Below are positions 49,301 through 61,300 of a DNA stretch of 64,000 nt, piece after piece. Below the pieces are notes generated by a model that was given only the letters and a program-made list of their open reading frames with translations, did no database searches and was not told the origin of the DNA. Position 1 is the stretch's first letter; every line of letters begins with the position of its first letter. Source of the DNA: Antedon mediterranea (lineage: Eukaryota > Animalia > Echinodermata); the NCBI RefSeq assembly GCF_964355755.1, contig NC_092679.1, positions 14,739,432 through 14,803,431 of the forward strand. Direction: 5' to 3'. Made by a program: the position numbers and the translations under genes.

Positions 49301-52300
49301 TTCTCGTTATTAGAGTCAATAATTAACAATACATTATGGATTCAACCCTATGCAAAATATACCATATGTTTAATTGGCCATAATAACCATTTTTGAATGT
49401 AACCCTGTAATTATATCAAGTATCAAGCCACTAATAGTTATAATTAATGGTATCATTATTATTTGTTGTGTATACGTTAATCTGTTATTTTCATTTCTGT
49501 GATATATATATTTATGTTTTTGTTTCTTTTTGACTGTTTTGTTATGGCGTCCCTGACACAAGCAATTGCTTTCTAGGTGACGCCACCATTTTTTATAAAT
49601 AAATGTTTCATGATTGATCCAGAATTAGCTCTATCATAAATTAAGAAAAACCATACTGTATATACAGTGAATGAACACATTTTAATGACAATATTCTTGT
49701 TGAAAAGTTAGTAACGGATTAATTCAATTTATTTAAATAATTGGTCATATGCTAATGATCTCACCAAGTAATTTGCTATATGTAATATTTTTATCTTATC
49801 ACATCAGGCTATCAGCAATTAGAAGTTTAGGGAGCACATGGGTCCCTCTAATGATCAGTACCTGCTGGGTGGACCACACATACAAAATAGCGGTACAAAA
49901 TCAGAAACGAAGCATACAGTTGTATCCATGAATGCATGGCTTCAAGATGTGGAAAATACCGGTACAAAAACAGAAATATACTGTTGTATAGTTGGGCATG
50001 GCTGTCAGGTGTGGGTGGAGTCACCAGCAGAAGTACTGTACCTTCCCCAAACCTGTTACCATCAACGATTTTTGTGTACCTACAGTAAGGCCTAAATTTG
50101 TTAAATTCTGAACCTGTAAATGAATTTATTTTAAAAGGCCATTGGTACTGTAGGCTTGTTTTTTCCAACCCACAAATACAGTGTAAATTTCACTCAAATC
50201 AAAGCAATATTTAATAGAGATTTTGAGATTATTCTATTAGAAAATGACTTTTTGGTGACTAAAAATAACTCATTTACTGAAGAAAACCTACATATATTAG
50301 AATATTCAGTTTTATTGTGTTGAACACAAAGTGTATTTTATTGTTTTATTGGTTGTATAGATATTATTATCTCCATCCATCATCATCCTTGACCAATAAA
50401 CCGTTTATGATGAGATAGAATAAAAGAAAGGATGCGTGGAATTCCATGTTAGTAGCAGCTTGTGCTCAAATAGACCATAAACATTTGTTTTGCTCACTGA
50501 AAAATCATACGTAAAATAAAAATAAAACATTTTACAGAGTTTATTTACAGTACTGTATTTGGAAACTTTTGATAATGTTACTAGAAATAGTAAAAAAAAA
50601 AAATTCTGTACTGGAGTACAGTACATTAAAACACAAAAGTAAATTTCCACCCATGATCAAAAACAGATATCCTTGTGATTGTGTTCTTTTTGTACTATTT
50701 ATACAATGTGAATACCACACCATCTATATATAATTGTACAAATTTGCCAACAATACGCATTAAAAAAAAACAACAACATTTTCCTACTTTACTACCTGTA
50801 TACTATAGGAACCATGATTTCTTAAATTTTCATAGATTCAATTTCAATTTTTAAATTTATTCCAGTTGAGTCTTAATTCTTTATGTTAACAAATCATGTC
50901 AAATAATGAATAAATTATTAATAATATTTGTTAAAAATATTTTTTCATCAGAATGAAGTCTGTTTATTCATATTATTTCTGAAATATCTAAACTGAAGTG
51001 GCACTGACTGAATGACACTTGTTGCAATGCTGATGTAAGTGCAAACCGCAAATTTAAAAATACTGTAAGTATTACTATATTACTAATTAATTTAACTATA
51101 AGATACTGTACTTACATAATCACTAATACTCAGTGCTCGTCTTAGCATGGAAGTCATCATAAAGTATGTTATGCAGTCATTTTAGCGCATAGAACATATT
51201 ACTGTATTACTAGCATGCTAGTGTACAGCATGCTACGCTTCCAAAGAAAGTTACTGACAATTCAACCATGAATTTGTGATTCAACAAACCACTAAACAAA
51301 AGCATCTGTCAATTAGGTATAGTACACCAACCTAATGCTTTTGTTTATTTGGAATAATTCATTCGGAATATGGGGTGAATTATCCTACATTCTATAATCA
51401 AAACCCAATTTCTTTCCAACCTGCCTATAAATAACACCCTTAAATATGTAAATGGTATGAATGTTTCAGTATTACACAAATTACAACTATTTATATAATG
51501 AATATTAGTTAGGAATCATAAGAAGGCAAATTGTGGAGTAGATATTTCTGTAGTACCCCTATCATGATAATAGAAGAACCCAATTCAAATTTGACCTTGA
51601 TTTCAGTCTTTCAATCATAGGTCATAAGTTAATAACCTAAGGCAAAGTGAAACCTTTTAGATTAGAAATAATTACCAGCAAATTCTATATGAATTTGTAA
51701 CAAACTAAATACATTTATTATTATATATTAAAATGTATTCCAGTCTAAGTGGTTCTCATTTTGTTTGATGACGAATTTAGTCTTGAATTCAGTTGTAAAT
51801 AATAGTGAAAGTTTGCTTCTAATCGAGATTCATCTCATCATCATTCTCACAACTTTTTTACACACACACAAACCTATCTATACACCTGCAAAAAGTAACA
51901 ACTTGTATGTAAACATGTTGTAACCAAGTTTTCATAGTGTGGGACCCCTGTGAAAAACACATTGACAAGAGGTCTGTTTTGTTGTTGTTCTGAGATGTCC
52001 CCAGTTGTTATGTACACATTGGTACTAAACTGACCAATTATAGTAATCAAATAGCGTGTAACTATGCTTTCTCTCGAGATTTCTTACAGTTCATGTATGT
52101 GTGTATGAAAATGTGTCATAAATCAAGAGATCAAACCTGGTTATATAAGTTGTAACAATTTATGCAGATGTGAAAAGACATTTTAATACAAAATGTTATA
52201 TGCATCAGCCAATAAGTGTTTGTGAAATGCACATGGCATACTAATTGTTTATTTGACAAATCATTCCCAAGATTTCTTTTTTTACATATAGTGCCCTCTA

Positions 52301-55300
52301 TCCATTTTAAAATTTGTATACTATAGATGCCCTATAATGTATAGCCATGGTGGTAAAAAATAAACAATTTGTTACCTCCATGGTATAGCCACGGACATTT
52401 GCATAATATCATAAAAGTTAAACAGGTCGCAATGCTTACCATTTGATGGAGTAGTTTGTCCTGTATTTCTTCACTACCGCATGATTCATAGTTCACAGGG
52501 CAGGCAAGTTCTTTTTCAATGTAACTTAACCATTGTTTCAAGTTTGCCATGTTCGAATCCAACTGCTGTACGGCTGTCAGAGTTTCTTGCAATTTCTTCA
52601 CTCTGAAAAAATACAAAATATGAACAAATGTTAAATATGTGTTAGGGGATGCAGGATTTTAAAAAGTGGGGAGCGCTACCATAATAGCATTAATTACACA
52701 AACCAGAAATGGTGTTGGTAGTCTATAAGTGCTGCTTACCTGGATAAACCCAACAATAGCCCTTTTCCACGAAGTGCGAAACATGCAATTACGAAATGAA
52801 GAATTTTACCCGAATTCACCTCATTAAGAATGGTACAGTTCGCTCTAGCGCCCTCTTGTGGGACCACTCCCACGTGCAATCCCCTGGATTCGTACATTTG
52901 TGTGTACATTATGATAGAATATATCATTGCACACTAGGGAGGCACTCGCTCTGCTGTTCATTCATATAGCAAACCCTATACGGTAACCATGAATGAAATT
53001 TATAATAGCACTCCTCCAATTGGAGACTGTAAGCGCCATGCTTGAAAATATGCTTTATATTCTTATGCCAAGAGCCTTTTTTAAATGTTAAGCCACAGAA
53101 ATATTACACTACACATCTCTGACTGAAAGAATACGCTAGATGTATACTCGCACTTAATAATTAAAAAGACAAATAGTAAGCCTGCAAATAATTTCTTATG
53201 TGTACTAATTTATGCAATATTCAAATGACTTCTGGAGATTTGAAGTTGTTTTCAACTCCCTGAATTAAATCATCAAAATCAAATATGATTCCTATCAGAA
53301 GATTAAAGCTAACCATGAGTTTGGAATGCTAGCTAGGGGGTCGATATCTATTGGGGAATATTTACTGCAACTTTGATCTACTGACAGCAGGTACTATAGT
53401 AGCAGCAATGGTAGTGATCTAACTATTAATCTTCTAAGCAACAAAAAATTGGTTTTAACAAAAATTAATAATAATATTATATTTTTGTAGAACAATGGAT
53501 ATAAAACATGTAAATTTGAAAAGAATTTGAAAAGATGTTCATACAATGACTGGAAAGTCATAGAAATGAATGAAAATACATTGAGTAAATTATTTATTTT
53601 ATTCAGTTGACAACCAACAGTAATGAAAACCTTGCCACTTACACTACAGGTTGAGTTTATACAGTTTTGATACACAACATTTTATCTACTACAACATTAA
53701 ATTGTCTTCTACTACTAGACATGCATAAGCAAGGGTGTGGCTATTGGACCAAGGGTGTCACAATTAAAAAGTATAAAGGAGAATACTGTACTGAACTAGT
53801 AGCCAAGGTGTGAAAACTACAATACACTGTACAACCCATGTGCTGTCTGAAACAAGTCTGTAGTTATCAATTCAATGACAGTATGCCTTTTATATCAATA
53901 ATGCTAGAAAATATATAAATGCTACGATGGCTATAATATCAGTAAAACAATATAAGCAACCATACCAGAGAGAAATGAAGAGTTACTAACATTAAAATGG
54001 TATAAACTATATACAATGTACACCAGCCTATACCATCATAATATTATTACATAGTACTGTCTTTAGTATATCTGTACATTTTACAGTATATTATATGATA
54101 CAATACAATCTGACATCATCTCAATTTGACCTGACCTGTTTCTGTAAACACTTCTATGTGATGCGTGGGCTCTACATAAATGATTTGTATCGTAGCTATT
54201 AAAATATTTAAGAATCTTAATTTCTATATTTGTGCTACAATAAGTACTGTATTATCAATATTTTATTTAGAAAGCTTGCTTATCAATATATAGATATTGT
54301 CATATTTTAAAATATGATTTATCTGTGAAAACGGTATTACCGTACATCAAAAAGCTAAATTATAAATTGTGTAACTAATATGTTTAATTTAAAAACTTAG
54401 CTATTTACAATATCCCAAGTTTAATCTATTATATTATATTTTTTAATTAAAGATTTAAATAAATGTTTACTTTTATTTATCGAAGTTTTATTTTCCTTCA
54501 TAAACCTGAGCCTGAGGTATATCCAACTTAAAGCTGTGGTTAGTTATTTCTCAAAATATAACATAGCATTTATCCAAACTAGTTGTTACAAAATTTAAAT
54601 TTATATTAACATAAATACATTTATAATTTCACACTGATTGAAATCAAATACATAGCAGTAAGCACCTCAAATTGCCCTACATTCCGAAGTCTTCCCACAC
54701 AGCAATTAAGTATCAATTTAAAGATTCCTTTTAGCAAAGCCTAATTATCATCAAAGATCACAAGATCCCCATACCTTGGCTGGATGACATATTCAATAAC
54801 CGCATCCGAAGACATAGTATTATCCACGTTTGTATTATCTAACAGAGAGCATGGTATAACCTGAAGTGTGTTTGTATACAGTTCTTGCTTCAGTCTGTGT
54901 AGTATGCTAGTAAACATTCTCAGCCCTATGTAATCTGAGACTATTAAGGGCACCCAGCTGATCTTGGTGAAATATTGATGCCTTGTATACCAGGTCACAA
55001 TAGTAAATCACAGGTTTAGTGATAATAACAATGTTTGGAAACTTCCCAGTTTGAATGTCAGACAGTGAGAGCAGTCAAAACAACAATAAACAAAAACAAT
55101 GTTGTTACTCTAGCTGTGTTCATAAACACTAGAGTTAAACATGAATAATATGAACTAGTTTAATTATAGTATCCAATTTAAATCCTTGTGTGATCAGTTA
55201 ATTCTCTAACTATGTTGTTAACTCCGATAAAGATAGTAATGAAACTCTGATAAACTTTGATGAACTTAAATTCAATAAAACTCTGATGAAACTGATAAAA

Positions 55301-58300
55301 CTCTGATGAAACTTCTATAAAACTCTGATGAATCTCTGATAAACTCTGATGAATCTCTGATAAAACTCAGATGAAACTCAAATAAAACTCTGATGAACTG
55401 ATAAAACTTGGATGAAACTCCAATAAAACTCTGATGTGCTTTGGTTTAGGTTTATGAGGTATATCTGATTTAACTTTATACCACCACTCACGTTTAAATA
55501 CAAAACAAACTGACTGTTTAACTCTGATAGAGAAAAAACATAGCTCTGTTCACTAAACTTGGTTGAAGTGACAGTCGCCGTCAAGAAAATGTTATCAGTA
55601 AATCAATAATCTTTGTCACCTACACCATCATCTTTACTTGTCATAAATATCACATCTGCCAATTGACAATAACACAAAAAAAATATACCAACACATTTCT
55701 AGCCCTTTCTAGTGATCAACTATTGCATAATAAAGAAGTTCCAACTTCATTTAGCTCTACATGTAAAATGGAATTTTGGCCTAATTTTTCTTTTATAAAC
55801 AACACAATCTGTTCCCTGTATTTAAACCTTGAAATTTGTGTCACATACGGTACCCTTGAATTACCCTGTACATGATTTGAATATGAATACTGTTCAGAAT
55901 TCCATCACCAGTGTTTGTCCTGAGTAAATGGTCATTTTGGAAAGTAGAACACTGTATAAGGTGGTGAAGTGCTAACTCCAAGGATTACCATAATAGATGG
56001 ATATTTGAGGCTTTGTTATAATGGATTGCTTCATAATCAGGTGTGCAAGATTTTTTTGTGAACTAGCCAACAAAGAAATATATAAAAAGCACACTTTTTG
56101 ATTGTGAGATTGAGAACAAAATATTTAGATTTAAATAAATTTATATATTGAACAAAACGTCAAGAAACTCTAAAGTTCTTTCAGAACTATGTACATGGTG
56201 TACCGCAAACTTTATATCTACAAACAGACTGTTAGAAGTACGTTCGATAGTACTTATTATATTTATAAATAACTAATAAGAGAAAATACAAAAAGAACTG
56301 AATTGATCCAAAAATAGTGAAATGCAAACATTTCATTTCTTTAAGTGGATTTAAGCATTCTAACTGTTCTTCTTTGTAACTAATTTGGAATCTTTCCAAT
56401 TCAAGTTACTATAACTTCACCGAATTTTAACAATAGAATTGATTAATTAAATCACATCAACGCAACACCATTCATTGTTTCTGATTCATTACAAAAAAAG
56501 CAATGTTTAATTTCTACACAGTGTGTGAAATTGCAAGGGGTTGCAATTTACAGTATGTATCTATAATAATTATTATTATTAATATTTCACCAGCTGGCAG
56601 TGATATGATTAAGTACAATTATTGATTTAAGACACTTCAAAGATCAAAGAGGGAAAGCCTTTGAAGTGGATGCCATATAAATAGTTCAAGAACACCAGTA
56701 ATATTGCATGCATAATAGCATCGAGATATGTCAAGTTGTAGATATCAGAAAAAGAAAGGTTACAGCTATCTGTTGTAGGCTATGCATTTAATGGTATTAC
56801 GCATGTTTAAATACTGTTACTGTATGGTGTAGGCCCCTACTGGTATGCAAAGAATTATGTTATGAAAAAACTATGTATGAGGGCGCTGTTCATTATTTCT
56901 AGTATTACCATGTAAGTTCAAGTAAAGTTCATTATCATATTTTATGCATTATTAAATATGTTAATGTTTATAACACTGGATATAATACTTAATGTTGTTT
57001 ATTCTAAAAGCATGAATATTTTATTGTCTGATGAGTGCAGCGTCTGCATGCAAATCAGGGTAATTGCATATTTAAACAGTTTTTAGCTCAAAGCTTAAGA
57101 CAAAGACAGTAATGCCGTTTAAATTATGTTATGCAAAGTAACGTTGAAAGGATTAAAGATTGTTTACAGGAACTCTAACTTCATTTTAGGGGACGCATGA
57201 CAACAAATAAAGCCTGTAGCCAAGTGGGGTTTGAGGGTTCCAACGAATCCATGTTTTGCCTAAAGTGCCCTTTTCAACTAAAAAAGCAAATTTCTCCGTG
57301 ATTTGAAATTAATTTTGGTATGAAAAAACTATGGATTTAGAGATTGGCCAAATGCAAATTTGGCAATACTCAATAATTTTATATTGTTTGTAGGGTTTAT
57401 AAAAACTAAGTATGGGGTAAGCACTTGGCCCTTAGTGTATTCATGTACTTTCTGTGTATGTATAATATTAAGGACTAAACCACACCTGTTTAGTAAAGTC
57501 AGATAAATCTTTGTTGACTTACAGGTAAGCAATAACCTACTTTTTAAAGTTCAATTGAGTAAATATTGTTCTTTCCTTTCTGCCTTTTTTCATGATGCTT
57601 TTTCAAAAACTATATTTAATTACTGATGGACGTGACTCTCAAACACCTTTGTAATATTTAATTACTATGAGTTTAATTGGTCAGGCATAAGAGACGAGTA
57701 TTATATGAACAATATTCGGTTTTCCAAAAGGTTCAGTTTCAAGAACCAATAAGAAGGAAGGAAAGGAAGGAAAACTTTCTAAAGGAAAGAGTATAGTTTT
57801 AGGGAAGTTTCTGAATTTATGGGTTTCCAGTTCTGAAACGTGTTAGATAGTGTTAATCATGGTTAAGAAGCAAACCACTCACCAATAAGCAGCATTTACT
57901 GATGATACCCACAGAATGACTATTGGAACTGTTAGGAAGAGTGGAACTGTTAGGAAGAGGGGAACTGTTAGGAAGAGAGGAACTGTTAGAAAGAGGTGTA
58001 CTGTTAGGAAAAGGGGAACTATAAACTTGGAACTTTGAGGAAGAGGTGTAGCCTACTATTGTAAAATTTGAAATGTGACATTAAATATTTAAACTTTCAA
58101 TTTCATAATGTACAATTCGTCTCACTAACCTTGCAATGATGAGTTCCATTAGATGTTGCCATCTGTCGTTGAGTTTAGCTAGCTTATATTCGATGTCATT
58201 GGACTTGAGTTCATTACTAGCTTTCATTAAGCGTTCACCCAAGTCGATTAGTTGGTCTTTATTGTTCCCAGCTACTGCAATTTCATCTTTGAAACCCTGT

Positions 58301-61300
58301 AGGAAATAATATATTAAATGTAATCAATATTAATAACAATACAATATAGCATTGTAATATATACTGCTAGTGCTTACTCAAATATCTGGGGGAAGGAATA
58401 ATATATAATATAAAATATAAAAGAAAAATTTGTTACAATGAAAGTTCACCTTTATTGATGTTTTTGTTTTAAATATCATTATTATTGTTTTCACTTATTC
58501 ATTGTATCTTATTGTTTATATCAGTATAAAAGCACTAAACAAAACCAAATTATTGGTAAATTAAAATTGTATTAAATCACAGTGAAGTAGCATTGGATCA
58601 GGGAGCCATCTGACCAATTAAATTTAAATATGAAAAAAAAGCCCCGCTTTCTTGTCGATTTAATAGCGACCGTTAATTTTCCCAACGTGCCACTCATGGT
58701 GGTATACTTCCATGGCACCACTAGACTATGCTGCTGTTAAGCTCAAAAGTCATTTTGTGCCTTCTTACAAACAGGAGTATGTGATGAATGACTGTTAGAC
58801 ACAATAGCAGATGTGAAGAGAATAACTAGCATAATAATAAGTATTAGAAACATTTGAATGAAATATGTGGTTAATCTTGTCAAGCGATTCAATAAAATCC
58901 ATTCCTTCCTATTGCCATGTGTGCAAGTTCCTTCATTTTTAAGCAAAAAAAGTAAAGAAATAATTGAATATTAACAGAAACATATCCATATGTACAATTA
59001 CTGTACAAGTTTGTATCAAAATGCTTACAAGTTATATGCTGAGAAAATACCTTTTTAAACCTCCTAACCAGGTTATAACTACAAGTAAGATAGCTACAAC
59101 ATCTCCTGTCAAACCTATTATTCAAGATAGCTAAAGCACACACAAGGAATTCTAACTACGTACCTTCCACAATTTTACGCCTTTAGTAAGGCTCAGTATG
59201 GCGTTATCCAACATTTTGTAAAACTACCGCACTTAACCGAGATACTAGCATTAACTGAGAATGACTAAAAATCCACATAAAATGTCAGTGGCTTCTGTAT
59301 GACCTAAACAATAATAATAATATCCATTTTCTACGGATGATTCCATTTTATTGAGAGGGAGGACACTGGCATGAGATTGATGAGTCATATTCTGATATAA
59401 TGATTGAATTACTGTAGCTAATTGAAGTTCTTTTAAATTCACTATTGAATAAGAATGTAAATACATGATTTATTCATACCAATTTGAATTGGTAATTTAA
59501 ATAATAGGTCGTTGCTCATTATGGAATATTCACATACTTGGTAATTATGTTTATCAGTCAATCAATATGTTATATTCAACATCAAACAATGTGAACACTA
59601 GTTTTGGATCAAAGGATTCAGTTAATGGTATTTTTAAATCTTAACTACTTTAACCAATTAAAATTGCATTCTAAATCTTAAGATATTAAATTTATTTATA
59701 TTAACTGGCTAAATTCTGACATACAGTAATAATAAATTTGACAGTTGTGACTGACATTGGACAATAAAATATTTGTATACATTATTAATATATATATATA
59801 TATGATTTCAACATAAAAAAAGAAACCGCAAAGTGTAGGGGAAAATTTGCAAAGCAAAGAAAGTCACTTCAACAGCACATGAACTGGAATATTCTGGTTG
59901 ATATGCAGACACCCTACAATTAGACCACTAGAGCTCCAAAGGGATATCCAAGTTTATATTAATTCAAATGACTTCAAATTCCACAGTGTCTTTACAATTT
60001 GTATTTCATAATGTATTTACACTATAGATTGAAATATATATTTATACTGGGTGACCTCTTCAGTCAAAGACTGGTCTCCCAGAGGGCCCAGTTATGATCA
60101 GTGGCTGTGATGTACTAATACACCGGGGTAACTCCCTACTCGTCTCGAAAGATGTACTAGGTTCTTTAAAGTGCACACGAGCTAGATGTGTACACCGGAC
60201 CTACGGTTTATAGTCCTCCGAGAAGACTCGTTCTACCACCAGAACCATAGAGTGAGTGAGCCTCGAACCCCTGCCGATGTTATGGCTACGTAATTACGGT
60301 TCCACTGTCTTAACCGCTCAGCCACTCACTCACCAGTTACAAGAGCATACATTAACATACAAACAATTTCTTTTCAATTCAAAATAGTATTCAAAAAATA
60401 ATTGTAATTTTGATTGATTGATTACACTTGTTTTAATAACTATTCTATTTATGTATAACATTTTGTGTATGAGTGTGATCAAGAAAGTTAAAACTGCCGA
60501 CAAATGTGATTGAATTAATTATTTCTGTTATTAAACGTGTTTACTTAAATTTACCAAATTCAAACAACTCTTCATTAATTGTCTGTTTAAACTATATTTA
60601 ATAATAATTTGACATATTCATGATGATATTAGATGAATTGTGTAGACCATACATGTATCTCATGACTTATGAATAATGTTTTATAGCAAAGATAATGACT
60701 GAATTGTTTCTATGTTTACTTAAACCAAATTCAAAACAACTCTTTATCAATTGTCTGTTAAATATTCATAATGATATTAGATGGATTGTGTAAAGTATAT
60801 CTCATGACATACGAATGTTTTATAGCTCTAAACAAGTTCGTAGACTGATAATTAACCTTATGTCGATGAATCACTTGATATTTTGACTCTCAGCGCTTAG
60901 TTTAATTTCTTTCCATTTAGTTACAGTAGTATAATCAGACCAGCTTAAAAGCTGCACTGACTACAAGGATATTTGAATTTGTTATTACCTTGCTTTTACC
61001 ATTTTTAAGTATGCAAGTGCAACAAATTTGCTATTACTTAGAAAAATAGAATTAAGTAAGTACTTGTAATTGTATAAGTATAGTACTTTTGTTTGTTTAC
61101 ACAATAGTGTCCACAGTTTTTGAGTTATTGTCCCAAATTTTTGGCTATTTGCATGCAGTAATCTTAACTGACAGTAACCTATCTTTGTTACTGGTTTTGG
61201 AATTGAGAAATTATTAATTTGTTAATTAAGGATTCAATTTGAAGAAGCTAGAATAAATAATTGTGAAACTAGCAGACTACCGTTCGCAAAATTGATTAAT

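Noticed and set aside
57882-57920. Strong minus-strand donor TTG|gtgagt preceded by an ATG
   Set aside because: The ATG frame ends in phase 1, which does not fit the phase-2 acceptor at 52602; at best a non-coding exon.
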